Assembly (NCBI GenBank): GCA_040903985.1
Contig: JBBDUI010000002.1
Coordinates: forward strand, 454,038-518,037
Length of the DNA: 64,000 nucleotides
Direction: 5' to 3'
Origin: Candidatus Saccharimonadales bacterium
Lineage (GTDB): Bacteria > Patescibacteriota > Saccharimonadia > QS-5-54-17
This document shows positions 38,730 to 47,814 of this stretch, piece after piece. Both the position numbers and the translations under genes were made by a program. Position 1 is the stretch's first letter. The number at the start of each line of letters is the position of its first letter. The notes beneath the pieces were generated by a model. It did no database searches. It worked only from the letters and a program-made list of their open reading frames with translations, and was not told where the DNA came from.

Positions 38730-40241
38730 ATGGAGATTGCAGTAATCTTTGCTGTAGTAGGTGCTGCCCTGGGATTTGGAGCTAAGACGGCGCAGACCAA
38801 GCGTGTACTAGGAGATGCCGAGAGTCGGGTTAAGAAACAGCTAAGTGAGGCCGAGGAAAAAGGTAAAGAGATCGTGCGCCAAGCCAAGGAAGAGGCGACC
38901 AAGATTACCGATGAAGCTAAGGTTGAGGAGAAGACGCACCGCAAAGAGCTGACGGAGATCGAGAAGCGCCTGATTAAGCGAGAAGATACTCTGGATGCCA
39001 AACTGGAAGAGTTAGATAAGCGTTCGGAGAAGATTCGTAAATCCGAAGATGAGATTGAGAGTTTTAAGGCCGAACTGGTCGAGATTCGGTCCAAGAGCCA
39101 GGAGAAGTTAGAGAAGATAGCCAAGCTCAGCCGTGAAGATGCCGCTGATCGACTCATGAAGATGACCGAGAAGGACGTGCGGGAAGACCTAGTTGGGCTA
39201 GTGAATAAGATGAAAGAAGACGCCGCTGAGGAAGCGGAAGATAATGCTAAAGCCATCATCGTGGCTGCCATGGAGCGGCTAGCCAGTGACGTCTCGGTGG
39301 AGAAAACGGTGACCTCGGTAGCCCTGCCAAACGATGAGATGAAGGGACGTATTATCGGTAAGGAAGGCCGCAACATTCAGGCCCTAGAACGAGCGACCGG
39401 AGTCGACATCATGGTGGACGATACTCCCGGTGTAGTTGTACTTTCCAGTTTCGACCCTATTCGCCGGCAGGTAGCGCGGGTAGTGATGGAGACTTTGATG
39501 AAAGATGGCCGCATCCACCCCGGTCGTATCGAAGAGGTGGTCAATAAAGCCCAAGCTCAGATCGATAAAGAAGTCATCGCAGCCGGTAATGAGGCCGCTC
39601 GTGATGTCGGTATAGTCGGTATCCCGAAAGAGATTATTCATCTTATCGGTGAGCTTAAGTTCCGTACTTCCTACGGTCAGAACGTGCTTAAGCACTCCGT
39701 CGAGATGGCCCATATGGCCGGTATGATTGCCGAGGAGATCGGTGCTAATGTGCGGGTGTGTAAATATGCCGCTCTAATCCACGATATGGGTAAGGCTTTG
39801 ACCCACAAGATGGAGGGTAAGCACCACCACCTATCGGGCGAGATGGCTCGTAAGTATGGTATCGAGGAGGCGGTAGCACACGCCGCCGAGGCCCACCATG
39901 ATGATGTGGAAGCCACTACGGTCGAGGCACTGGTTATCCGGGTGGTAGACGCCCTCAGTGCCGCTCGACCAGGCGCTCGCAACCAGTCGATGGAGAACTT
40001 CATCCAGCGTATGCAAGAGCTGGAGAACGTGGCTAACGGCTTCAAGGGCATTGAGAAGTCCTACGCTATATCGGCCGGTCGTGAGATTCGTGTCTTCGTC
40101 CGACCGCAAGAGATGGATGATCTTTCCTCCATCAAGCTGGCCCGCGATATCGCGGATAAGATCGAAAGTACTTTGCAGTACCCCGGTACGGTAAAGGTTA
40201 ACGTCATTCGCGAGACTCGTTCGATTGAGTACGCTAAGTAG
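38730..40241 (+). CDS. rny: Ribonuclease Y
   Basis: TM, coiled coil, KH (KGRIIGKEGRNI), HD (HDMGK), DALSAARPGAR. Confidence 0.97.
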   Translation: MEIAVIFAVVGAALGFGAKTAQTKRVLGDAESRVKKQLSEAEEKGKEIVRQAKEEATKITDEAKVEEKTHRKELTEIEKRLIKREDTLDAKLEELDKRSEKIRKSEDEIESFKAELVEIRSKSQEKLEKIAKLSREDAADRLMKMTEKDVREDLVGLVNKMKEDAAEEAEDNAKAIIVAAMERLASDVSVEKTVTSVALPNDEMKGRIIGKEGRNIQALERATGVDIMVDDTPGVVVLSSFDPIRRQVARVVMETLMKDGRIHPGRIEEVVNKAQAQIDKEVIAAGNEAARDVGIVGIPKEIIHLIGELKFRTSYGQNVLKHSVEMAHMAGMIAEEIGANVRVCKYAALIHDMGKALTHKMEGKHHHLSGEMARKYGIEEAVAHAAEAHHDDVEATTVEALVIRVVDALSAARPGARNQSMENFIQRMQELENVANGFKGIEKSYAISAGREIRVFVRPQEMDDLSSIKLARDIADKIESTLQYPGTVKVNVIRETRSIEYAK

Positions 40242-40252
40242 GGTTCGCGTAT

Positions 40253-41047
40253 ATGAAGCTGCTCTACATCGGTGATGTGATGGGTCGCCCTGGCCGAGAG
40301 CTGGTAGCGACTCATCTGCCGCAGTTGAGAGACCGCTTTTCTCCGGACATCGTCTTAGCTCAGGCCGAGAACGTCACCCATGGCAAGGGTATGAGTGTAG
40401 CCCACTATCATGAGCTACGTGGCTGCGGCATCGATGGTTTTATGAGCGGAAACCACATCTTTGAGGCGGCCGATCTGATCCCGCTGTTAAAAGACCCGAA
40501 CAGTCCCGTGACTCGACCAGCTAACTATCCCGAAGGTACCCCGGGCATGCAGTATAAGTATCTCGATACCGCATGCGGAAAGTTGCTACTAGTCAGCCTG
40601 ATGGGCCAGATTGTCGGCAAGGATGCTGATAAGCCGATCGACAATCCCCTCCACGTCATCGACGAGATCTTAGCGGCGCACCACGCAGAAGCTGTAGCTA
40701 CTATCGTTAATTTCCACGGTGATTATTCCAGTGAGAAGGTAGTCATCGGTCAGTATCTCGACGGTCGGGTTGCTGCCGTAATCGGAGATCATTGGCACGT
40801 ACCGACGGCCGATGCTCGGATCTTGCCCCAGGGTACGGCTCACATGAGTGATGTCGGTATGGTCGGCACGCTTAACTCATCTCTGGGAGTAGCTAGCGAT
40901 GTCATTATTAAGCGTTGGCGCGGTGAGCGCCAAGGGCGCAATGAACTGGCTCACGACTCACCTTTTCAGTTTTGCGCCGCACTAATTGAGATTAATCCAG
41001 ATACTGGCTTGTCGGAGTCAATAACCCCGATTGTCGATTACCTCTAG
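40253..41047 (+). CDS. ymdB: YmdB-like metallophosphoesterase
   Basis: IGDVMGRPGR, GNH, RPANYP, SEK, DVGMVG; follows rny. Confidence 0.9.
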   Translation: MKLLYIGDVMGRPGRELVATHLPQLRDRFSPDIVLAQAENVTHGKGMSVAHYHELRGCGIDGFMSGNHIFEAADLIPLLKDPNSPVTRPANYPEGTPGMQYKYLDTACGKLLLVSLMGQIVGKDADKPIDNPLHVIDEILAAHHAEAVATIVNFHGDYSSEKVVIGQYLDGRVAAVIGDHWHVPTADARILPQGTAHMSDVGMVGTLNSSLGVASDVIIKRWRGERQGRNELAHDSPFQFCAALIEINPDTGLSESITPIVDYL

Positions 41048-41103
41048 CTTGATGTTAAGCGCATTACGGCTTATAATAGCCATTATAGGAATAGGAGGCA
41101 GCA

Positions 41104-41376
41104 ATGACGAAACGCGAACTTATTAATACTCTGGCCCGCCGACAAAAGGTGAGCAAACGTCAAGCTGAGGAGTGGCTCGACACTTTTACCGGACTAGTAG
41201 TCGAGGAAGTATCTAAGGGCAATAAAGTGTCTATCACCGGTTTTGGTGTGTTTGACCTAGGTAAGCGTGCTGCCCGCCGCGGCGTCGATCCTCGTACCCA
41301 AGCGGAAATTCACATTCCCGAAATGAAGATGCCTCGCTTTCGAGTCGGTAAACGTTTCAAAGAAGCTGTTCGCTAA
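41104..41376 (+). CDS. hup: HU family DNA-binding protein
   Basis: MTKRELI, ITGFGVF, RAARRG.DP.T, P.F..GK.FKEAV. Confidence 0.93.
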   Translation: MTKRELINTLARRQKVSKRQAEEWLDTFTGLVVEEVSKGNKVSITGFGVFDLGKRAARRGVDPRTQAEIHIPEMKMPRFRVGKRFKEAVR

Positions 41377-41903
41377 TGTCTCCGGAAGGTGGCTACCGTG
41401 GTAACGGCGAGATTTCGTCCCCTACAATAGCAGCCCGAGAAATTTACGAGCAAATTGAGACCGAAAGTGTGAGCGATGTGCTCCGAATCGGTTTAGCCCG
41501 AGCACCATATACGGCGTGGGGATACGATGTGTTTGCCGTCGAGATGCACGGTGCCCAGCCACCAATTACCGGCCTTGATCCGCGTACAGCTCGTTTGCTT
41601 CTCTTGGAACACTGCGAGGATGCTAGTTTTGGCGGGTGCACGACTCCGGTTCAATCGCTTGTTCGCCGCACTGTCTCTGCCTTCGATATCGATAGCGGAG
41701 CAGCTTGGCAAGGAGTCGATGAGGTAGAAGGAAATACCTTTTTGACATCAGGGAGATTAAAACAAGCTTACAGTAAGGACAACCAAGGTCAGCATTTCAT
41801 GCTACAGGTTGAGTTTGTTTATGCTGATCAAGGTCAAGGCCGGCTAGTTGATGAGGAGACATTACGAGTATTAGCGCAAATTCATGCGCGTACTACACTC
41901 TAG
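41376..41903 (+). CDS. Hypothetical protein
   Basis: 175 aa ORF coupled (TAATG) to HU. Confidence 0.5.
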   Translation: MSPEGGYRGNGEISSPTIAAREIYEQIETESVSDVLRIGLARAPYTAWGYDVFAVEMHGAQPPITGLDPRTARLLLLEHCEDASFGGCTTPVQSLVRRTVSAFDIDSGAAWQGVDEVEGNTFLTSGRLKQAYSKDNQGQHFMLQVEFVYADQGQGRLVDEETLRVLAQIHARTTL

Positions 41904-41983
41904 TGTAGATTTATTACCCCTGAATAGTTATAATCAACAACCGTACGTCAGATTAATCAGTTCCTCCGCTGGAATCACGGGAC

Positions 41984-42023
41984 AATCTTCAAAACCTGTC
42001 CGATCGGACACTTTTTGAAGATT
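41984..42023. repeat. 40 bp palindrome, copy 3 (two substitutions)
   Basis: AATCTTCAAAACCTGTCCGA|TCGGACACTTTTTGAAGATT. Confidence 0.93.
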
Positions 42024-42056
42024 AAAGTGGCGGAAGGTGCCGATCAATGTGTACAC

Positions 42057-42103
42057 CGGGGTGTGGCCTAGTGGCTAAGGCGTCCGCCTGAGGCGGAAGA
42101 TCG
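42057..42103 (+). pseudogene. tRNA-Pro 5' fragment or tRNA mimic with replaced anticodon arm
   Basis: 42057-42082 identical to the first 26 nt of tRNA-Pro at 42368; then TCCGCC-TGA-GGCGGA hairpin and AGATCG; no T arm or 3' acceptor strand. Confidence 0.85.
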
Positions 42104-42115
42104 GGGGTAAGAAGC

Positions 42116-42355
42116 GTGTTTTGTGTATATGTGCTTCAGAATTCAATAACCCGCAAAAGATACATTGGATATACTTCTAGTCTCGAAGAGCGTATCAGAA
42201 AGCATAATACGAATCACAAAGGCTACACTGGCCAGGCCGGTGTCTGGTCTGTGATTTATAGCGAATATTATGAGAGTAAAAGAGATGCGATCTATCGCGA
42301 GAAGTTTCTTAAATCAGGAAAGGGTAGAGAATTTCTTGATAGTTTGACAGAATAA
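42116..42355 (+). CDS. Small GIY-YIG nuclease family protein
   Basis: VYVLQN....RYIGYT..LEERIRKHN, AIYREKFLKSGKGR. Confidence 0.92.
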   Translation: MFCVYVLQNSITRKRYIGYTSSLEERIRKHNTNHKGYTGQAGVWSVIYSEYYESKRDAIYREKFLKSGKGREFLDSLTE

Positions 42356-42367
42356 GTGAGTACCTAT

Positions 42368-42443
42368 CGGGGTGTGGCCTAGTGGCTAAGGCGCCTGCTT
42401 TGGGAGCAGGAGATCGTGAGTTCGAGTCTCACCACCCCGACCA
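42368..42443 (+). tRNA. tRNA-Pro(UGG)
   Basis: Complete cloverleaf CGGGGTG...CCTGC-TTTGGGA-GCAGG...TTCGAGT...CACCCCG-ACCA. Confidence 0.97.
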
Positions 42444-42516
42444 CATCAGAATATATTTAGCCTTATGCCCATCGTGATAGCGGCTTACGCCTTGCTTACC
42501 GTGGGCTTTTTTTAGG

Positions 42517-43752
42517 CTACTTTTTAAACAGGCTCGATAGCTTTAGGCGATCGTTGAACTCGAGCGCACCGAGACGGAAGAGTTTGGCTGCGAGCAAGAA
42601 GGCAAGTACAGTGGAAGCGATTAAGACCGTGATAGCAGCAGCGGCTTCAGGAGCATCGATATTGCCGAAAGTATTACGGAACAGCAAGGTGGTGGGCGAA
42701 GTGATCGGGAAGAAGGTGAGGAATTTCACTAAGGCACTTCCTGGCGCAGTAGTTATTACTCCGAAAGAGTAGAAGGGGAGGAAGGGTAAGATAAAGAAGA
42801 CGCTGGAGAAGGAGTTAGCTTCTTTGACACCGGGTACCATTGAGGCCACGCCACTCATGAGGGCGGCAAAGAAGAGAAAACCGAAGACAAGGACGAGAAA
42901 GCCGATAATAATCGCCATCGGGTCGAAGACTAGGGTTGAGAAGTCGATATCGAGCGGGAGACCGATCTGGTCTTCAAACCTGCGGGCAGTAAAGATACCA
43001 GTCACGGTTAAGGTAAGGAAGAAGAGTAGCTGGGTGAGAGCTACTAGGCTGACACCGAATAGCTTACCCGTTATCAAAGTCCGAGGTCGGACATAACTTA
43101 GTACCATCTCCATCGATCGGTTCTCTTTCTCTTCGGCGACACCTAGGAGCATATACCCCATAGAGAAGAGCAGGACGATGAAGAATATAGCTAGGAATAC
43201 TCCCGGTACGATGTAGCCGGCAGCGCCAGGAAGTCGCTCCCCGTCTTCATACGTTGTCAAATCACCAGTAGTACCTTGCTGAATCAGGGCTACAATCTCT
43301 GGATCCCCGATGGGCGCGATCAAGCTACTGTGTAAGAGCTGACTCGCAACTTCCGATATAGCCGAGGAGACCACAAAGTCATCACCACCGCTGATAATCA
43401 CTTCAAACTGGCGGGTCTCCTTGAGCTTCTCCGGGTAGATAATTACGCCACTTAGCTCCTCATCTATGACTGCCTCAACGGTAGCTTCTTTGGCTGCAGT
43501 CGGACGCAGTTCAAGGTTAGAGGCGGCAACTATATCCGGGTCTATGAGGCCACTTTCGTCTATTACCACTACATTCTCGACTCGTTCGGCAGCCTCATCG
43601 ATATTGCTGTCGGCCGTATGCTGAGCAAAGTAGCTGAGGCCGAAGATGGCCGCCATGAAAATGGGTAGGGCTAGCATAGTGAGCAAGAAAGCAGGTTGCT
43701 TGACGATAGTCAGGTACTCATGGCGAATGACTGATTTGAGTTTATGGCTCAT
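42517..43752 (-). CDS. ABC-2 type transporter permease (NatB-like)
   Basis: VAEEKENRSMEMVLS..RP..LITGK, multiple TM. Confidence 0.88.
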   Translation of the reverse strand: MSHKLKSVIRHEYLTIVKQPAFLLTMLALPIFMAAIFGLSYFAQHTADSNIDEAAERVENVVVIDESGLIDPDIVAASNLELRPTAAKEATVEAVIDEELSGVIIYPEKLKETRQFEVIISGGDDFVVSSAISEVASQLLHSSLIAPIGDPEIVALIQQGTTGDLTTYEDGERLPGAAGYIVPGVFLAIFFIVLLFSMGYMLLGVAEEKENRSMEMVLSYVRPRTLITGKLFGVSLVALTQLLFFLTLTVTGIFTARRFEDQIGLPLDIDFSTLVFDPMAIIIGFLVLVFGFLFFAALMSGVASMVPGVKEANSFSSVFFILPFLPFYSFGVITTAPGSALVKFLTFFPITSPTTLLFRNTFGNIDAPEAAAAITVLIASTVLAFLLAAKLFRLGALEFNDRLKLSSLFKK

Positions 43753-44477
43753 GATTTATCTCCCCGGTAGAGTGCGACGAAGGCCTCTTCGATCGATTTG
43801 GCTTTAAACTCTTTCTTAACCTCAGGGACACTACCGTAAGCTACTCGTTCGCCGTCACGGATGATAATCAGTCGATCAGCGATACGTTCGACCTCTTCCA
43901 TTAGGTGGGTGATGTAGATAATAGCGGTACCCTTATCACGCAGTTCGTTCACTGTATCCATCAGTAACACTCGGTTGACCGGGTCTAGGCCCTTCGTCGG
44001 TTCGTCTAAGATCAAAAGTTTAGGATCGTTCATAATAGCTACCCCGAGTTGTACTTTTTGCTGTTGACCGCCAGAAAGTTTTTTCACCTTGGTGGTAGCT
44101 AGGTGATCGAGATCGACGCGTTTTAAGTAATCGTGCGAGAACTCTTTAGCAGCAGCCCGAGTCATACCCTTAAGCTCCCCGAAGTAGGTCATAGTATCTA
44201 TTACTTTGCTACGGGTATATAGGCCGCGCTCTTCCGGCAGATAGCCGACGATGTCAGACATATGAGGGCCGTACTGCTCACCGTTGACGTGTAAGTGGCC
44301 GCTGGTGGGACGATAGATACCGAGTAAGCTACGGATAGTCGAGGTCTTACCAGAGCCGTTAGCTCCGAGAAAAGCAAACACCTCACCGGGCTGCACCTCG
44401 AAATTCATATCACGTACGATACTTTTACCGCCGAGGGTGAGGTTGAAATCCGCTACTTTTACTATCGGTTTTGCCAT
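43749..44477 (-). CDS. ABC transporter ATP-binding protein
   Basis: GANGSGKT, GYLPEERGLY, LSGGQQQK, ILDEP. Confidence 0.93.
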   Translation of the reverse strand: MAKPIVKVADFNLTLGGKSIVRDMNFEVQPGEVFAFLGANGSGKTSTIRSLLGIYRPTSGHLHVNGEQYGPHMSDIVGYLPEERGLYTRSKVIDTMTYFGELKGMTRAAAKEFSHDYLKRVDLDHLATTKVKKLSGGQQQKVQLGVAIMNDPKLLILDEPTKGLDPVNRVLLMDTVNELRDKGTAIIYITHLMEEVERIADRLIIIRDGERVAYGSVPEVKKEFKAKSIEEAFVALYRGDKS

Positions 44478-44491
44478 AACTATTTACTAGC

Positions 44492-45145
44492 CTACACCAC
44501 ATAGCGGAGAGCAACAAATCCGCCTACCAGCAGAGCGATAAAGGCCAGGCCGAGGATATCGATATAGCGCTCAATTTTAGCTTTATACTTCGCCCCCAGC
44601 TTCTGGGAGAGCCAGGCCACGATGAAGAATCTCCCCCCACGGCTAAGCAGAGAGGCAAGGATCAGGGTAATGATATTAACGTGAAAAAGGCCACTAGCGA
44701 TGGTAAAGACTTTAAAGGGAATCGGTGTAAAGCCAGCGGTGAAGATAGTGATAAAGGCGTTACGTTCGTAACTCTCACCAACCGAGTCAAAGTCTTCCTG
44801 TAGACCATAGGAGTCGATGATGGGTTGACCTAAAGTCTCAAATAGGGCGAAGCCGATGAAGTAACCCAGCAGTGCGCCTAGGACAGAAGCGACGGTGGTT
44901 ATAAGCGCTAGTCGTACCCACTTTCGGGCGTTGGCCATAACCATAGTAATTAATAAAGGGTCAGGGGGAATGGGAAAGAATGAGCTTTCGGTAAAAGAGA
45001 AGCCGAAGAGAGCTTTCTCAGCCTGAGGGGAATCACCCCATTTCATCATCCAGGCGTACAAGCGCTTAATGATAAGTCGAGGCCAGTTTAATATCGCATA
45101 TAGCCAAGAGAAACGCGGTTCGCGGGCAAAATCGTTTTTACTCAT
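44492..45145 (-). CDS. YqaA/DedA (VTT domain) membrane protein
   Basis: SFTESSFFPIPPD, GFTPIPFKVF, SRGGRFF. Confidence 0.9.
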   Translation of the reverse strand: MSKNDFAREPRFSWLYAILNWPRLIIKRLYAWMMKWGDSPQAEKALFGFSFTESSFFPIPPDPLLITMVMANARKWVRLALITTVASVLGALLGYFIGFALFETLGQPIIDSYGLQEDFDSVGESYERNAFITIFTAGFTPIPFKVFTIASGLFHVNIITLILASLLSRGGRFFIVAWLSQKLGAKYKAKIERYIDILGLAFIALLVGGFVALRYVV

Positions 45146-45187
45146 CCCTGCATTATAGCAATTTAAATGCTAGTGATAAGTAAGATT

Positions 45188-46057
45188 CTATTTCTTCAAT
45201 TTTGATATATGGGCCTCTGTCCCTTCAGCCTCGTGGACGACGCTTTGGGGGAATGGGATGACGATACCGGCCTCGTCGAAGGCGAACTTCAGCCGCTTAC
45301 GTAGCTCGCCGGCCACCTCCCACTGAGCTAGCGGTTTGGTTTCACCGATGATTTTTATCACGATGGCGCTGTCGGCAAAATCGTTGATACGCAGGAACTG
45401 CGGTGGCGTAATGATTCGCTTCTGCCAGTCTTCATCCTGGGCCAGCTCAACCCCGACCCGATTGACCACCTCGATAACTTTTTTGATATCTGAGCTGTAG
45501 TCGACACCGATATCGAGGTTAACCCGAGCGTACTCTTTAGAGAGGTTCTTCGATCGCTGCACGGTACCGTGGGGTACGTGGTGGACGGTACCGTCGAGAT
45601 CACGCAAGACAGCCATTCGGAGAGAGATGTCTTCCACCGTACCGACGTCTCCGTCGAGATCGACTACATCACCGATCTGGTACTGGTTCTCGACTATGAC
45701 ATAGAGACCGGCGAAGATATCCTGCATGACTTTCTGCGCGCCGAAAGCAATTACTATACCGACTAGTCCTCCGGCGGCTAGAAGTGGCCGGAGATCGATC
45801 TCGAGCTGGGAGATGATGGCCGCAATCGCGATCATCCAGACCAGTAGACTGAAGACACCGGCGGACACATCGAGCAGGGTCTGTTCACGCTGTTTGTGCT
45901 GGGCTTCGGTCTGGAAGCGACTGGTCTTGACTGCCCGGCGGATAAAGCCTTCGAGCGGCACCATACCAAAACGACGGGTTAGTATGGCCAGGGCGATGAT
46001 AAACAAGATAGCCAGAGCGTGTTCGTTAATCCAGGTAGTTAAGAAATCCAGTTCCAT
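45188..46057 (-). CDS. mscS: Small-conductance mechanosensitive channel
   Basis: AFGAQ...DIFAG, ENQYQIGD, G.VEDISLR, GIVIPFP. Confidence 0.92.
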   Translation of the reverse strand: MELDFLTTWINEHALAILFIIALAILTRRFGMVPLEGFIRRAVKTSRFQTEAQHKQREQTLLDVSAGVFSLLVWMIAIAAIISQLEIDLRPLLAAGGLVGIVIAFGAQKVMQDIFAGLYVIVENQYQIGDVVDLDGDVGTVEDISLRMAVLRDLDGTVHHVPHGTVQRSKNLSKEYARVNLDIGVDYSSDIKKVIEVVNRVGVELAQDEDWQKRIITPPQFLRINDFADSAIVIKIIGETKPLAQWEVAGELRKRLKFAFDEAGIVIPFPQSVVHEAEGTEAHISKLKK

Positions 46058-46157
46058 TACCCCGATAGTAACAGATAGGGAAGTTGATTGCTACGCATTG
46101 ATTCTGGCATGATAGGGGTGATATTTAGTTTAGGTACAGACAAAAAAGGAGACCCGT

Positions 46158-46469
46158 ATGCGCGAAGAATTACGTGGATTTGCAGATTTTATCCGCAGCA
46201 AGGGAGTGATCGGACTTGCTGTCGGTATCATTATCGGAACTGTCGTCACCGCCACGGTACAGTCGCTAGTGAACGACATCTTTAACCCGTTAGTCGGGCT
46301 ACTACTGGATGTTGATAATCTAGCTGCGGCTACATTTACGATCGGTGAGGCGGAGCTACGCTGGGGCAATTTCGTCAGTACGCTAGTTGATCTCCTCATT
46401 ATCGCCGCTGTCGTTTACTTTGGGGTTAAGTGGTTGCGCCTGGATCAGGTGGATAAATCGGCTAAGTAG
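46158..46469 (+). CDS. mscL: Large-conductance mechanosensitive channel
   Basis: F.DFI...GVIGLAVGIIIG, SLVNDIFNPL, WGNF. Confidence 0.9.
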   Translation: MREELRGFADFIRSKGVIGLAVGIIIGTVVTATVQSLVNDIFNPLVGLLLDVDNLAAATFTIGEAELRWGNFVSTLVDLLIIAAVVYFGVKWLRLDQVDKSAK

Positions 46470-46504
46470 TCCCGTCCACTGCGTACAAGTGGTAGGATAT
46501 ATAT

Positions 46505-47053
46505 ATGAAAGCTAGATATTTCGTCGCCCTAACCGTTATTTTACTTGGCGTAGCCATCCTAGGGCTGCGACATAACAACATTACAGCTAATAATATGAAG
46601 CTACGCTTAATCGAGCGTGACCGGAGCGGAGAAGATGTTCGTCCCGAGGTGGAAGGTACGTTGCGTGATTTCGTCTTTACTCACATGAATGCCAGTATCA
46701 ATATCGTCTTAGTCGGTGAGCATGCGCGAGCTAGTGCTCAAGCTCAGGCCAGTACGGATGATACTGTCGACGGCAGTCTCTACGATGAGGCAGTACGGGT
46801 CTGTGAAGAGGACCGCGGACATGTAACGGAGAACGCGCAGTGTGTACTAGAGTACGTGGACAGTCGTAGTAGTGAAGTAGCGGAAGTCGAACTACCTGAT
46901 ATTAAAAACTTTAGCTATACCTACCACTCACCTTTGTGGATATGGGATACACCCGGTCTCGCTCTGTTTGGTGCAGTGTTAAGTACCGTTATTGCACTTT
47001 GGCTCTACGCTCGTTATCACACTCGTCGCTTACTACATAAAACAGGCCGGTAG
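46505..47053 (+). CDS. Membrane protein, two TM
   Basis: LRHNN after TM1, FVFTHMN, C-terminal TM. Confidence 0.6.
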   Translation: MKARYFVALTVILLGVAILGLRHNNITANNMKLRLIERDRSGEDVRPEVEGTLRDFVFTHMNASINIVLVGEHARASAQAQASTDDTVDGSLYDEAVRVCEEDRGHVTENAQCVLEYVDSRSSEVAEVELPDIKNFSYTYHSPLWIWDTPGLALFGAVLSTVIALWLYARYHTRRLLHKTGR

Positions 47054-47071
47054 TTTCCTACCGGCCTGTTT
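47040..47071. terminator. Bidirectional terminator
   Basis: AAACAGGCCGGTAG-TTTC-CTACCGGCCTGTTT perfect 14 bp stem between convergent genes. Confidence 0.8.
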
Positions 47072-47098
47072 AGGCTGCGAAAGAGATAGGGGTCTAAA

Positions 47099-47659
47099 CT
47101 ACTCTTCCTCTTCCTCGGCGGCTGCCGGGTTAGTACCGTTCTCACGGAAGGTTTCGATAGCCTGCGAGACATCGCCTTCTACACGCAAGTTCTCCCAGAA
47201 GATAATCTCTTCCGGTGAGATAAACATCTGATCTTCCGGTCCGTGTAGCTCGTTACCGAGCTTAGCTAGGCTGACTTGAGGTTCTTCGCTGCTAGCCTCT
47301 TCCGGCTGCAGCTGTTGATCGACCTGTAGGTAGTAGATGTCCTCTAGGACTACCGTTTGGCTACTCATCGAGCTGATCTTACCGAAGTAAACTTGGCCAT
47401 TAGTCAGGAAGACGGCCTGGTATTGGTCCTCGTTAATGTGGCTAGCGGCACCATTCTTGCCACTGAAGATAGCCATAGCAAACGCGATTAATACTATTAA
47501 TGCTGCTGCCGATATCAAGATCACGGCGATCTTACTCTCTAGGGTCGGGCGGTACCATTTATTGGTTGAAGACGATTGACCTTGAGCTGCTGACTGCCCT
47601 GCATTGTCATACTGCGCTTGTTGGCCACGCACTTGGTGTGGTTGTCCTAATCCTTCCAT
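47099..47659 (-). CDS. Conserved membrane-anchored hypothetical protein
   Basis: TM then YQAVFLTNGQVYFG...LAKLGNELHGPED...FWENL, recalled as common in CPR genomes. Confidence 0.7.
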   Translation of the reverse strand: MEGLGQPHQVRGQQAQYDNAGQSAAQGQSSSTNKWYRPTLESKIAVILISAAALIVLIAFAMAIFSGKNGAASHINEDQYQAVFLTNGQVYFGKISSMSSQTVVLEDIYYLQVDQQLQPEEASSEEPQVSLAKLGNELHGPEDQMFISPEEIIFWENLRVEGDVSQAIETFRENGTNPAAAEEEEE

Positions 47660-47814
47660 TACTCTTCCTTTTCTTATGCTTATTTATACTGGTGTTTATT
47701 GTAGATTAGCCTGCGTATAGGTGCAAGACCCTTATGCTTCAGTGGTGAATAATTTGACATCAGGGGTGTCTCAGGTATATTCTGGGGTCAGTCATAAGTA
47801 ATAAGGAGAGAGAC

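Noticed and set aside
38636-39376. 246 aa antisense ORF, and similar shadow ORFs such as 32816-33388, 24005-24352 and 34827-35168
   Set aside because: They lie opposite well-supported genes (rny, pilB, ruvB, recA) and have the Ser/Arg-rich composition of shadow frames
8408-42023. The palindromic repeats as a CRISPR array
   Set aside because: Copies are kilobases apart, there are no spacers, and no cas genes are in the window
42083-42097. tRNA-Sec, suppressor or functional tRNA-Ser(UGA)
   Set aside because: Loop is only 3-5 nt, there is no T arm or 3' acceptor strand, and TCA appears only on the opposite strand
42057-42443. tRNA with a group I intron and homing endonuclease
   Set aside because: The downstream tRNA is complete by itself, the 5' part is duplicated rather than split, and there is no room for an intron core
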